The notes beneath the pieces were generated by a model. It was not told the DNA's origin. It was given only the letters and a program-made list of their open reading frames with translations, and made no database searches. The position numbers and the translations under genes were made by a program. Below are positions 28,312 through 38,494 of a stretch of 64,000 nucleotides of DNA, piece by piece (the first letter of the stretch is position 1; every line of letters starts with the position of its first letter). The stretch spans positions 4,219-68,218 of the forward strand of contig JAETSB010000005.1 in assembly GCA_021769865.1 (NCBI GenBank), given 5' to 3'. Source of the DNA: Oscillospiraceae bacterium (GTDB taxonomy: Bacteria; Bacillota; Clostridia; Oscillospirales; Oscillospiraceae).

Positions 28312-28992
28312 ATGGAAGGCAAACGCGCCAAGCTGTCCGAGCAGACGGCGGACCGGCTTTACGAGTGGATCGTGGAGGAGCACCGCTACCCTCCCAGCAG
28401 CAAGCTGCCCAACGAAAACGAGCTCAGCGGGGCCATGGGGGTCAGCCGCACCACCCTGCGGGAGGCCATCTCCTTTCTGGTGGCCCAGGGGGTGCTGGAC
28501 ATCCGGCGGGGGAAGGGCACCTTTGTGGCCGAGAGCCTCCCCGCCCCGGGGATGGACCTGACGGCCCTGGCGGGGGTCCGGTCCCGGGTGAGGGCCAAGG
28601 ACCTCTTTGAGATGCGGCTGATCTTCGAGCCCGCCACGGTGGCCCTGGCCTGCCAGCGGGCCAGCGACGAGGAGCTGGAGCAGATTCGGAAAAAGGCGGA
28701 GCGGGTGGAGCGCATCGCCGCCGAGGGGGGCAACTGGCCCCTGGCGGACCAGGAGTTTCACTGGGCCATCATCAAGGCGTCCCACAACGAGTATATGCGG
28801 CGGCTCTACCCCATCATCAACAGCGCCGTGGACGAGATCCTTCAGATCTCCCCCAGCCGCCAGCGGATGCAGGACATCGCCCTGGGGGACAACCGGACCA
28901 TCCTGGACTTTCTGCTGAAGCGGGACGAGGAGGGGGCGCGCTGCGCCATGAGCATCCACATGAAGCACCTCATCAACACCCTTCAGGACTGA
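28312..28992 (+). CDS. FadR/GntR family regulator
   Basis: KLPNENELS..MGVSRTTLREAI..RRGKGTFV; FCD domain DQEFH..ASHN. Confidence 0.92.
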   Translation: MEGKRAKLSEQTADRLYEWIVEEHRYPPSSKLPNENELSGAMGVSRTTLREAISFLVAQGVLDIRRGKGTFVAESLPAPGMDLTALAGVRSRVRAKDLFEMRLIFEPATVALACQRASDEELEQIRKKAERVERIAAEGGNWPLADQEFHWAIIKASHNEYMRRLYPIINSAVDEILQISPSRQRMQDIALGDNRTILDFLLKRDEEGARCAMSIHMKHLINTLQD

Positions 28993-29303
28993 GAGACGGC
29001 CTGCTCTGGGGACAAGTTCACCAAAAACTTCGGCAAAACCGACAAAGAAACTCCAAAATCTTTGTCGGTTTTGCCGCTTGTAGTTCCGGCTTTTCCCAGT
29101 TTGCCTTGGCGAAACCCACAATTTCACCGGGCTCATTCACAAATTGTACACAAATTTGTTCAAACCCTCTTAACAAATTGCCGGGGAAGGTGTATAATGC
29201 GTTCGCAAGCTGGGGTTCTTTCAGGAGCTCCACGAAGGGGGCGTCCCCTTCGCCGCCGTTTTCTCCGGAAACCGGCGGGTCTGGACGGACGAAGGAGGCC
29301 GGT

Positions 29304-29819
29304 ATGGAGAGAACCCCCCAGGAGTGTTTTGAGAAACTGCTGAACGCCTATTCCCACAACTACGATCTCACCCGGGACGTGGAGACGGAAGAGGGCGGCT
29401 CCTTTCCCGCCATGGCCCATTATTTCCTGCGGGATGAGCACTACCTGGTCCGCCGGGATAAGCAGTTCTACGCCACGGAGCAGCACGATTACACCTATTT
29501 TTACGTGACGGAGCACCTGGACGCCGACGGGGCCAAGGCCCTGACGGAGCGGACCCTGAAGGCGGGCCTGGCCGCCATCCGCCCCCACAAGGAGCACATG
29601 AGCTCCTTCGTCACCCTGGTGGTCCTGGCGGAGACTATGGACCCGGAGGCGAAGAAGGTTTTGAAAAAGACCCGCTTCCACAAGAACTACAGGCTGGCAC
29701 TCCATGGCTGGATGGAGTATCACATAGCCGCAATGGAATGTTCCACCCGGACGTTCCTCTCCAATCCAGCCGGGAGGGGAGCGCGCAAGACCCTGGAGGC
29801 CAACTTCGGCCCCCAATGA
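29304..29819 (+). CDS. Hypothetical protein
   Basis: AAGGAGG RBS, 171 aa, host-like codon use. Confidence 0.75.
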   Translation: MERTPQECFEKLLNAYSHNYDLTRDVETEEGGSFPAMAHYFLRDEHYLVRRDKQFYATEQHDYTYFYVTEHLDADGAKALTERTLKAGLAAIRPHKEHMSSFVTLVVLAETMDPEAKKVLKKTRFHKNYRLALHGWMEYHIAAMECSTRTFLSNPAGRGARKTLEANFGPQ

Positions 29820-29875
29820 CCCTGGGGGCGGACCGCCTCCGAAATCGAGAATCATGAAAGAGGGAGAGTGTTTTC

Positions 29876-31594
29876 ATGAACGGATTAGTACTTCTGATCA
29901 TCAGCGTCGCTGTGCTGGTCTGCGGCTACATCTTCTATGGCCGCTGGCTGTGCAAGCAGTGGGGCGTCGGCGAGCTTGACAAGCCCACCCCGGCCCACGC
30001 CCTGGAGGACGGCATCGACTACGTCCCCGCCAAGGCCCCCATCCTGATGGGCCATCACTTCTCGTCCATCGCCGGCGCGGGCCCCATCACCGGCCCCATC
30101 GGCGCGGCCGGCTTCGGCTGGCTTGCCTGCACTCTGTGGATCCTGATCGGCGGCATCTTCTTCGGCGGCGTCCATGACTTCGGCGCCCTGTTCGCCTCCG
30201 TCCGCCACGACGGCAAGTCCATCGGCGAGATCATTTCCACCAACATGAGCAAGCGGGCCAAGATGCTGTTCCTGATCTTCGCCTACCTGACCCTGATCCT
30301 GGTGGTGGCGGCCTTCGCCTCCATCGTGGCCGGCACCTTCGGCGCCACCTTCACAGAAAGCGGCGCGGTGGATATGGCCGCCTCCGAGGCCAACGCCCGC
30401 GTGGCCATGGTCTCCCTGCTGTTCATCGCCATCGCCATTGTCTTCGGCTTCCTGGTGTACCGCCGGAACGCCCCCATGAGCGTGGCCAGCGTCATCGGCG
30501 TTCTGGCCATCGTGGTGATCATCGCCATCGGCATGAACTTCCACCCCATCTACCTGAGCAAGGACGCCTGGATGTGGATCTGCGGCATTTACATCGCCAT
30601 CGCCTCCGTCACCCCCGTGTGGATTCTGCTGCAGCCCCGCGACTACCTGAGCTCTTTCCTGCTGTACGCCATGCTGGCCCTGGCCGTAGTGGCCGTGGTC
30701 CTGGCTCGGCCGGACATGGGCAGCATGGCCACCGTGGCTCCCACCAACCCCGCCGGAGCGCCCATCTTCCCCGTGCTGTTCACCACCATCGCCTGCGGCG
30801 CCATTTCCGGCTTCCACTCCCTGGTCTCGTCGGGCACCACGTCGAAGCAGCTGGATAAGGAGACCGACGCGAAGCCCATCGCCTACGGCGGCATGCTTCT
30901 GGAGTGCGTCCTGGCTATCCTGACCCTGTGCGCCGTGGCCTATGCCTATAGCTGGAACGCCGCGAATCCCGACTCCGCCCTGAACGGCGCCACCGCCATC
31001 TTCGGCGGCGGCCTGGCCCACATGATCGACGACACCATCCCCGGCACCTACAGCATCCTGTACACCCTGCTGGTGCTGACCTATTCCGCCTTCTGCCTGA
31101 CCTCTCTGGACACCGCCACCCGTCTGGCCCGGTTCATGTTCCAGGAGTTCTGGCTGGATTCCAGCAAGGGCGAGACCCCGGAGAATGTCACCGGCTACAA
31201 GAAGGTCCTCTCCAACATGTATGTGTCCACCGGCATCACCGTGGTGCTGGGCGTGCTGCTGGGCCTGAACGGCTATGAGAAGATCTGGGCGCTGTTTGGC
31301 TCCGCCAACCAGCTGCTGGCGGGCCTGGGCCTGCTGGCGGTCGCCACCTGGCTGGGCAACATCGGCAAGAACAACAAGATGTTCCTGTTCCCCATGGGCT
31401 TCATGATCATCGTCACCATCTGCTCTCTGCTGGTCAACACCAAGACGCAGATCGGTCTGATCTCCGCCGGCGGCGCCGACTGGGGCCCCTATGTCCAGGC
31501 GATTCTGGGCATCCTGCTGGTGGTCCTGGCGGTCATCCTGGCCATCGAGGGCATCGGCACCATCATGCATCCCAAGAAGAATCAGAAGGTCTGA
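29876..31594 (+). CDS. cstA: Carbon starvation protein A (peptide/pyruvate transporter)
   Basis: GHHFSSIAGAGPITGPI, PVWILLQPRDYL, IACGAISGFHSLVSSGTT, WALFGSANQLL. Confidence 0.93.
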   Translation: MNGLVLLIISVAVLVCGYIFYGRWLCKQWGVGELDKPTPAHALEDGIDYVPAKAPILMGHHFSSIAGAGPITGPIGAAGFGWLACTLWILIGGIFFGGVHDFGALFASVRHDGKSIGEIISTNMSKRAKMLFLIFAYLTLILVVAAFASIVAGTFGATFTESGAVDMAASEANARVAMVSLLFIAIAIVFGFLVYRRNAPMSVASVIGVLAIVVIIAIGMNFHPIYLSKDAWMWICGIYIAIASVTPVWILLQPRDYLSSFLLYAMLALAVVAVVLARPDMGSMATVAPTNPAGAPIFPVLFTTIACGAISGFHSLVSSGTTSKQLDKETDAKPIAYGGMLLECVLAILTLCAVAYAYSWNAANPDSALNGATAIFGGGLAHMIDDTIPGTYSILYTLLVLTYSAFCLTSLDTATRLARFMFQEFWLDSSKGETPENVTGYKKVLSNMYVSTGITVVLGVLLGLNGYEKIWALFGSANQLLAGLGLLAVATWLGNIGKNNKMFLFPMGFMIIVTICSLLVNTKTQIGLISAGGADWGPYVQAILGILLVVLAVILAIEGIGTIMHPKKNQKV

Positions 31595-31660
31595 GCGGAC
31601 CCTTGAGCGGAGTGCCAGTCTCCGCCGGACGCAAAGCCTTTTGTCCCGGATGAAAAGAAG

Positions 31661-31698
31661 AGAAAGGCCCGGCGGGGAACTCCCCGCCGGGCCTTTCA
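31661..31698. terminator. Terminator hairpin
   Basis: gaaaggcccggcgggga-ac-tccccgccgggcctttc. Confidence 0.8.
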
Positions 31699-31699
31699 G

Positions 31700-31849
31700 C
31701 TACTCCTGGTCCTTGGCCAGGGCGATCTTGTCCAACAAGTCCAGGATTTCCTGCCTTGTGTAATCCTCCTTTTCCCCAGTGCTAAAAATCAGACGGAGGT
31801 CATACAGCAAAGCCTTCTGCGTGTCCCTGCGTTCTTTTTCAGTACCCAT
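31700..31849 (-). CDS. 49-aa charged small protein
   Basis: GAGGAGGTG RBS, TTGCGC-17-TATAAT promoter (31899-31871); MGTEKERRDTQKALLYDLRLIF...KDQE. Confidence 0.7.
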   Translation of the reverse strand: MGTEKERRDTQKALLYDLRLIFSTGEKEDYTRQEILDLLDKIALAKDQE

Positions 31850-31984
31850 AAACAGCACCTCCTCGCGTCTATTATACCGGCTTTCCCTCTCCGGCGCAAG
31901 CCGTATTTCCCGGCGCCGACAGATTCCCCCTGCTTTTTTGCCGCCGTTCCGGTAGAATGGGACAAATTGGAAGGAGGCGGTCCC

Positions 31985-32791
31985 ATGGGAGAGGAAAAGC
32001 GGGTGCTGCGGCTGGAGGTGGAATCCATCCGCCCCAACCCCCGCCAGCCCCGGCGGCTGTTTGACGAGGGGGCCCTGCGGGAGTTGGCGGCATCCATCCG
32101 CCGCCACGGCGTGGTGCAGCCCCTGGTGGTCCGGCGGAGGCCCGACGGCTGGGAGCTGGTAGCGGGAGAGCGGCGGCTCCGGGCGGCCCGGCTGGCGGGG
32201 CTGACGGCGGTGCCCTGCGTGGAGGCGGAGGTGGACGAGCGGGAGTCCGCCCTGCTGGCGCTGGTGGAGAATTTGCAGCGGCAGGACCTCCACTACTTCG
32301 AAGAGGCCGCGGCCATTGCGGACTATCTCCGGAGAACCGGGGCCACCCAGGAGGAGGCGGCGGCCCAGATGGGGCGGTCCGCCTCGGCGGTAGCCAACAA
32401 GCTGCGGCTCCTCCGGCTGTCCCCGGCCTGTCAGGCCCTGCTGCTGGAAAAGGGACTGTCCGAGCGCCACGCCCGGGCCCTTCTCCGGCTGGAGGACCAG
32501 GAAGAGCGGCTGGCTATGGCCCGGCGGGCAGCGGAGCGGGGCTGGAACGTGGCCCAGACGGAGCAGCATGTGGAGCGGCGGCTCCAGGAGCTCCAAACGG
32601 CGGCCCCGGCGGGCCGGCGGACGTACATTTTGAAAGACGTGCGATTGTTTTTAAACAGCGTGGACCGGGGGCTGCGCATCGTCCGGGAGGCGGGCGTGGA
32701 GGCCCGGTGCCTCCGGGAGGACACGGAGGAGGAGATCGTCATGACGATCCGCATCCCCCGGCGGCCGGGAAGCGGGGCCTCCGGAGGATAG
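31985..32791 (+). CDS. ParB/Noc family protein
   Basis: IRPNPRQPRRLF, LVAGERRLRAA, ALVENLQRQDL, VANKLRLL; Noc-like C-terminus DVRLFLNSV. Confidence 0.88.
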   Translation: MGEEKRVLRLEVESIRPNPRQPRRLFDEGALRELAASIRRHGVVQPLVVRRRPDGWELVAGERRLRAARLAGLTAVPCVEAEVDERESALLALVENLQRQDLHYFEEAAAIADYLRRTGATQEEAAAQMGRSASAVANKLRLLRLSPACQALLLEKGLSERHARALLRLEDQEERLAMARRAAERGWNVAQTEQHVERRLQELQTAAPAGRRTYILKDVRLFLNSVDRGLRIVREAGVEARCLREDTEEEIVMTIRIPRRPGSGASGG

Positions 32792-32897
32792 TCATTCTTG
32801 TTACTATATTGTAATCACTTTTTCCGGGAATCTGTGTTAGAATACCCAAAGAGAGAAAACGGCCCCGGGTGTGTGGGGGTCGAAAAGGAGGGACTTC

Positions 32898-34694
32898 ATG
32901 GGACAGCTGACAAATGAAGTCAAGACCGGCGGCACACGGGTGAAGAAGGGCTCCGCCGCGCCGGTGTTCATCGCCCTGGCCCTCACCGCCGCCATCATGG
33001 CCGCCGGGTACGCCGGGCTCTGCGCCTGGGCGGGCTCCCGAACGACCTTCTACCCGAAGGAGACGATCAGCGGCGTGGATGTGGGGGGCCTCACCGTGGA
33101 GCAGGCCGGCCAGGTCCTGGCCGGGGCTCTGCCGGGGAGAACGCTTGCCGTCTCCCCCGCCCAGGCGGCGGAGGACGAGGGCTGGCCCCCGGAGGCCGGG
33201 GGGACCTCCATCACCTTGGGAGAGCTGGGCTATGCCGCCGAACAGTGCCCCGGCATCGCCCAGCGACACTTCGACCAGCAGGCCGCCGCGCCCTTCCTCA
33301 GCCGCGGGGCCCGGGTGCTGTCCCTTCTCACCGACAGCAGCGGGGACGGCCTGACCGCCCAGGACCGGGACGAGGAGACCTTCCGCCAGGGCGTGGCCCG
33401 GGTGGCGGCGGACCTGGCCCTGGAGCCGGCGGACGGAAGCTATGAGATGCTGGACGACCAGATCCTGCTGACCAAGGAGGCCAACGGCCGCTCCGTGGGA
33501 GAGGAGGGCCTGGCCCTGGTTTTGGAGGGCGCCGCCGCCGCTGGCGCGTCGGAGGTCCAGGTGGACGTTACCACCCGCCCCGCCCAGGCCCTGTCCATCC
33601 AGGAGGTCTATGACGCCGTGTCCGGCGAAATGGAAAACGCCCGTTATGACCAGGCCACCGGGGGCATCCTGCCGGAGAAGCGGGGCGCTTCCTTCGACAC
33701 CGTGTCCGCCCAGCGGGTGCTGAATGCCGCCGCCCCCGGCGAGACCGTCTCCGTCCCCGCCGACATCCAGGAGCCGGAGATCACGGCGGAGGACCTGAAG
33801 GCCGTGCTCTTCCGGGACCTGCTGGGAGAGTGCACCACCCATGTCAGCGGCACCGCCGCCCGGGTCAGCAACGTGAAGCTGGCCTCCGCCGCCTTTGACG
33901 GCACGGTGATGAACAGCGGGGACGTGTTCTCCTACAACGAGACCGTGGGCCAGCGGACGGAGGCCAAGGGCTACAAGGCCGCCCCCGCCTACGTTCAGGG
34001 AGAGACCGTGGACGAGATCGGCGGCGGCGTGTGCCAGCCCTCCTCCACCCTGTACTACGCCTGCCTGCTGGCCAACCTGGAGATCACCGAGCGCTACGCC
34101 CACCGCTACATTCCCGCCTACATCACCCGGGGCATGGACGCCACGGTGTCCTGGGGCGGGCCGGACTACAAGTTCACCAACAATACCAAGTATCCCATCA
34201 AGCTCGTGGCCAAGTACGACAAGGGCTACCTCACCGTCCAGCTCTGGGGCACCAAGACCGACGACCTGACGGTGAAGATGACCTATGAGACCCTGTCCAC
34301 CACCCCCTTTGAGGAGGTGGAGCAGCTGGACCCCTCCCTGGCCCCGGGCCAGCGGCAGGTGAAGGTGACCCCCTACACCGGCTATCGGGTGAGGACCTAC
34401 CGGAACATCTTCGACGGCAGCGGGGCCCTGGTGTCCAGCGACGTGGAGGACACCAGCGACTACAAGCACCGGGACCGCCTGGTCCTGGTGGGCCCGCCCA
34501 AGGAGGAGGCCCCGGCCGCTTCCGCCCCCGTGGTGCCCGGCACTCCGGCGGAGCAGGAGCCCGCCTCGCCTCCCAGCGCCCAGGAGCCCAGCACCCCGGC
34601 GTCCGGGCCCGCCGATCTCCCGGCGGAGCCGGAGACCCCGGCGGAACCGGCGGAGCCGCCCTCCATCGTGGTGATTCCTCCCGCGGAGGAGTAA
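32898..34694 (+). CDS. VanW family membrane-anchored protein
   Basis: FSYNETVG, GGGVCQPSSTLY, GMDATVSWG; Pro/Ala/Glu-rich tail. Confidence 0.88.
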   Translation: MGQLTNEVKTGGTRVKKGSAAPVFIALALTAAIMAAGYAGLCAWAGSRTTFYPKETISGVDVGGLTVEQAGQVLAGALPGRTLAVSPAQAAEDEGWPPEAGGTSITLGELGYAAEQCPGIAQRHFDQQAAAPFLSRGARVLSLLTDSSGDGLTAQDRDEETFRQGVARVAADLALEPADGSYEMLDDQILLTKEANGRSVGEEGLALVLEGAAAAGASEVQVDVTTRPAQALSIQEVYDAVSGEMENARYDQATGGILPEKRGASFDTVSAQRVLNAAAPGETVSVPADIQEPEITAEDLKAVLFRDLLGECTTHVSGTAARVSNVKLASAAFDGTVMNSGDVFSYNETVGQRTEAKGYKAAPAYVQGETVDEIGGGVCQPSSTLYYACLLANLEITERYAHRYIPAYITRGMDATVSWGGPDYKFTNNTKYPIKLVAKYDKGYLTVQLWGTKTDDLTVKMTYETLSTTPFEEVEQLDPSLAPGQRQVKVTPYTGYRVRTYRNIFDGSGALVSSDVEDTSDYKHRDRLVLVGPPKEEAPAASAPVVPGTPAEQEPASPPSAQEPSTPASGPADLPAEPETPAEPAEPPSIVVIPPAEE

Positions 34695-34778
34695 CCGCCG
34701 CCTTCCCGGGCCTCCGTATGGAACGTAAAATCACCCGCTCCCCCAGGGGAACGGGTGATTTTTTACGGCCTCCTCCGT

Positions 34779-35426
34779 TCAGCCGCCCTCCGTCATTTCC
34801 TCAAAACTCTCAATATAATACTCCGCCAGGCGGCGCATCTCCTCCTGGTCCGGCTCCGAGGGGTCGTACACCGCCGCCGTGCGGAAGCCCGCGTCGTGGG
34901 CGGTCCGCAGGGCGTGGAGAGCGTCCTCGAAGACCACGGTGTCCTTCTTTGTGGACCGGAGGCGGCGCAGGGCCCGCTCGTAAACCTCCGGCCCCTCCCG
35001 CTTGGTCTGGCCCGCCTCCCGGGTGGTAATCATCCCCCGGAAGAAGCCGTCGACGCCCGCGGTTTTCAGGGCTGCCTCGGCCAGGGGCCGGTCCGTGGCG
35101 GTGGCCACGTACATCCAGACCCCCTCCATCTTCAAAATGGAGAGGAAGCGGACCAGGCCCGGCTTGGGGCGCACATCATGGCGGTAGAAGTGTTCAATGG
35201 TGCCCCAGATCTCCTGGACCAGCTCGTCCACCGTGCCGGGGAGGCCGCAGACCTCCTTACAGTAGGCCGTCCCCTCCCACAGGCCCAGGGAGGCCACCTG
35301 CCGGTCCAGATCCGGCGGGGCCGTTTTGCCGTGGTTTTTCGCCAGGGCGCTCCCCAGGGTCCGCCACATGCCCATGGAGTCCAGCAGCGTCCCGTCCATA
35401 TCAAAAATCGCGCTTTGCAGTCTCAT
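34779..35426 (-). CDS. HAD family phosphatase
   Basis: IFDMDGTLLDS, VFEDA. Confidence 0.9.
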   Translation of the reverse strand: MRLQSAIFDMDGTLLDSMGMWRTLGSALAKNHGKTAPPDLDRQVASLGLWEGTAYCKEVCGLPGTVDELVQEIWGTIEHFYRHDVRPKPGLVRFLSILKMEGVWMYVATATDRPLAEAALKTAGVDGFFRGMITTREAGQTKREGPEVYERALRRLRSTKKDTVVFEDALHALRTAHDAGFRTAAVYDPSEPDQEEMRRLAEYYIESFEEMTEGG

Positions 35427-35439
35427 CGTTCCGTCCTCC

Positions 35440-36726
35440 TCACTCCGGCAGCTTCACAAGGCCCGCCTCCGCCAGCTTCTGGAGGCTCATCAGGATCCCC
35501 AGCTTTGCGTGCTGCCAGGTGAGCCCGCCCTGAAAGTACACGGCGTAGGGGGGCCGGATGGGCCCGTCGGCGGAGAGCTCGATGGAGCTGCCCTGGACGA
35601 AGGCCCCGGCGGCCATGACCACCTCGCTGTCGTAGCCCGGCATGGCCCAGGGCTCCGGGGTGACGTAGCTGTCCACCGGCGCGGCGGCCTGGATGCCGCG
35701 GCAGAAGGCCAGCATGGCCTCCCGGCTTCCCAGGGTCACCGCTTGGATGATATCGTGGCGGTCCTCTACGGCATTGGGCACACAGGGGAAGCCCAGGCCC
35801 TCGTACAGGTTCGCGGCGAACACCGCCCCCTTCAGCGCCCCCGCCGTCACCGTAGGGGCCAGGAAGAGGCCCTGGTAAAAGGCGGGCATGAGCCCCAGGT
35901 TGGCTCCCACCTCCTGCCCCAGGCCCGGGGCGGAGAGGCGGTAGGCGCAGCGCTCCACGCACTCGCTGGTTCCGCAGATATACCCGCCGATGGGGGCCAG
36001 GCCCCCGCCGGGGTTTTTGATGAGGCTGCCCACCACCATGTCGGCTCCCAGGTCCGAGGGCTCCCGGGTCTCCACGAACTCGCCGTAGCAGTTGTCCACC
36101 ATGACCTTCACGTCCGGCTTCACGGATTTGCAGAAGGCGGTGAGGGCCCCGATCTGCTCCACGGAAAAGCTGGGCCGGGTGGCGTAGCCCTTGGAGCGCT
36201 GGATGGTGACGAGCTTGGTCCGGGCGTTGATCTTAGACCGGATGGCCTCGTAGTCGAAGCCACCGTCCGGCAGCAGGTCGGCCTGCTGGTAGGTGACGCC
36301 GTATTCCTTCAACGAACACTTGGAGGGCCGGATGCCGATGACCTCCTCCAAGGTGTCGTAGGGGGCCCCCACGGGGGAGAGGAGCTCATCCCCGGGGAGG
36401 AGGTTGGCGGACAGGGCCACGGTGAGGGCGTGGGTGCCGCAGGTGATCTGGGGCCGGACCAGGGCGGCCTCCGTGTGGAAGACGGCGGCGTAGACCCGCT
36501 CCAGGTTGTCCCGGCCCTCGTCGTCGTAGCCGTAGCCGGTGGTGGCGGCGAAGTGGGTGGCGTTGACCCGGTTTTGCTGCATGGCATAGAGGACCTTGGC
36601 CTGGTTGTACTCGGCGGTGCGGTCAATGGCGGCGAAGCGGTCCCGGAGGCGCTCCAGCGCCGCCTCTCCATAGCGGGTAACGGCCGGGCTGACGCCCAGG
36701 GCCTGATACATGGCTTGCAGTTCCAT
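35440..36726 (-). CDS. Methionine gamma-lyase-like / YnbB-family PLP enzyme
   Basis: TTGYGYDDEGR, IQRSKGY, VDNCYGEF, GSLIKNPGGG. Confidence 0.88.
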   Translation of the reverse strand: MELQAMYQALGVSPAVTRYGEAALERLRDRFAAIDRTAEYNQAKVLYAMQQNRVNATHFAATTGYGYDDEGRDNLERVYAAVFHTEAALVRPQITCGTHALTVALSANLLPGDELLSPVGAPYDTLEEVIGIRPSKCSLKEYGVTYQQADLLPDGGFDYEAIRSKINARTKLVTIQRSKGYATRPSFSVEQIGALTAFCKSVKPDVKVMVDNCYGEFVETREPSDLGADMVVGSLIKNPGGGLAPIGGYICGTSECVERCAYRLSAPGLGQEVGANLGLMPAFYQGLFLAPTVTAGALKGAVFAANLYEGLGFPCVPNAVEDRHDIIQAVTLGSREAMLAFCRGIQAAAPVDSYVTPEPWAMPGYDSEVVMAAGAFVQGSSIELSADGPIRPPYAVYFQGGLTWQHAKLGILMSLQKLAEAGLVKLPE

Positions 36727-37037
36727 AAAAGGACTCCTTCTCGATGGTTTTCAACAGAGCTTATCATAGGCGATGGGGGCCGGGCTGTCAAGGGGGGAGT
36801 ATCGGGGCCCGCCGGGACGGCGGCGGGCGGCGGAGGGGTTTGGATTGTGAAAATTATGCCGCCATTCGACAGGAACCGCAAGGTCCGGGCAAGACCTAAA
36901 AATATGTTTTCCGATCCCCCAAAATATGGTTTACAAAACCGCGTCCCGGTGTTACAATAACCATTGCCGAGCCGTCCGGCCCCGCCGGGCGGCCGTCTCT
37001 TTGCGACCGCTGTTAAATACGGAAGAAAGGACGCCTC

Positions 37038-37595
37038 ATGAACGATCTGACCGACCTGCAAGCCCGCCTGCGGGAGCACCGCCCCGTGGACTGGGACCAA
37101 TTGCCGGACTTCTCCCTGTACATGGATCAGGTCCTCTCCTACATGGACCGGCAGGTCATCCACTTCGACGGGGAAGACGGCCTCACCGCCGCCATGGTGA
37201 ACAACTACACGAAAAGCGGCCTGGCCCCCCGGGCCGAGGGGAAGAAGTACGGCCGGGAGCACCTGGCCTATTTCACCGCCATCTGCGTGCTGAAGCGGGT
37301 CATGTCCACCCGGGACATGGACCTGCTGATCCGGGAGGAGCTTCAGGACCGCCCGGTGCGGGAGGGCTATGACGCCTTCCGCCGGAGCCTGGACAAGGCC
37401 CTGAACATCACCGCCGACGAGCTGGCTGCCCGGACCGGGGACGGGGAGCTGGACGCCCCCGCCCTGGCGGACGCGGCCATTCACTTCGCCCTGCTGAGCT
37501 ACGCCGCCGGCGTGGCGGGGAGCCGCTGCGTGGCCCTCCTCCGGGAGCGAAAGGGGCCGGAGCCTAAGGGCAAAAAAGAAAAGGAGCGTGACTAA
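37038..37595 (+). CDS. DUF1836-like protein
   Basis: LPDFSLYMDQV..LTAAMVNNYTK..KKYGREH. Confidence 0.8.
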   Translation: MNDLTDLQARLREHRPVDWDQLPDFSLYMDQVLSYMDRQVIHFDGEDGLTAAMVNNYTKSGLAPRAEGKKYGREHLAYFTAICVLKRVMSTRDMDLLIREELQDRPVREGYDAFRRSLDKALNITADELAARTGDGELDAPALADAAIHFALLSYAAGVAGSRCVALLRERKGPEPKGKKEKERD

Positions 37596-37597
37596 GC

Positions 37598-38470
37598 GTG
37601 TCTGAATACGTCATCATGACCGACAGCTGCTGCGACCTCACCGCGGAGCTGGCGGTGGAGCTGGAGCTGGAGGTGCTGCCTCTGCGGCTGGAGCTGGAGG
37701 GGCAGTCCTATCGGAACCTGCTGGACGGCAGCGAAATCGGCTTCCGGGAATTTTACGACCGGGTCCGGGGCGGGGCCATGCCCGTCACCTCCGCCGTCAA
37801 CGTGGGGGAGTTCGACGCCGCCATGCGGCCCATTCTGGAGGCGGGGAAGGACATTTTGTGCCTGTGCTTCTCCTCCGCCCTCTCTACCACCTACCAGTCC
37901 GCCGTCATCGCCGCCAGGGAGCTGGAGGAGGCGTTCCCGGAGCGGACGGTCCGGGTGGTGGACAGCCTCTGCGCCTCCATGGGGCAGGGCCTCCTCCTCT
38001 GGCTCTGCGCCCAGGAGAAGAAAAAGGGAAAGACTCTGGAGGAACTCCGGGACTACGCCGAGGGGGCCAAGGCGAACATTTGCCACTGGTTCACCGTGGA
38101 CGACCTGAATCACCTGAAACGGGGCGGCCGGGTCAGCGCGGCGGCGGCGTTGTTCGGGACCATGCTGTCCGTCAAGCCCGTCCTCCACGTGGACGACGAG
38201 GGGCGGCTGATCCCCATGGAAAAGTGCCGGGGCCGGAAGGCCTCTCTGCTGGCCCTGGTGGACCATATGGAGAAGACCGCCGTGGACCCGGAGGACTATC
38301 CGGTGTTCATCAGCCACGGGGACTGCCTGGAGGAGGCGGAGTTCGTGGCGGAGGAGGTCCGCCGCCGCTTCGGGACCAAGGATATCCGGATCAGCTATGT
38401 GGGCCCCGTCATCGGAAGCCACACCGGCGCGGGGGTCATGGCGCTGTTCTTCGTCGGCAGAGGCCGGTGA
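37598..38470 (+). CDS. DegV family fatty-acid binding protein
   Basis: TDSCCDL, TSAVN, SSALSTTYQS, LKRGGRVS, GPVIGSHTG. Confidence 0.92.
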   Translation: MSEYVIMTDSCCDLTAELAVELELEVLPLRLELEGQSYRNLLDGSEIGFREFYDRVRGGAMPVTSAVNVGEFDAAMRPILEAGKDILCLCFSSALSTTYQSAVIAARELEEAFPERTVRVVDSLCASMGQGLLLWLCAQEKKKGKTLEELRDYAEGAKANICHWFTVDDLNHLKRGGRVSAAAALFGTMLSVKPVLHVDDEGRLIPMEKCRGRKASLLALVDHMEKTAVDPEDYPVFISHGDCLEEAEFVAEEVRRRFGTKDIRISYVGPVIGSHTGAGVMALFFVGRGR

Positions 38471-38494
38471 GAGCTGGGGAAAGGCGGTGTTGAG

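Noticed and set aside
31985-32791. ParB as a plasmid/phage partition system
   Set aside because: No adjacent parA, a Noc-like C-terminus and a housekeeping context.
32898-34694. VanW as vancomycin resistance
   Set aside because: No vanHAX/RS cluster is present; VanW domains are common cell-wall proteins in Clostridia.
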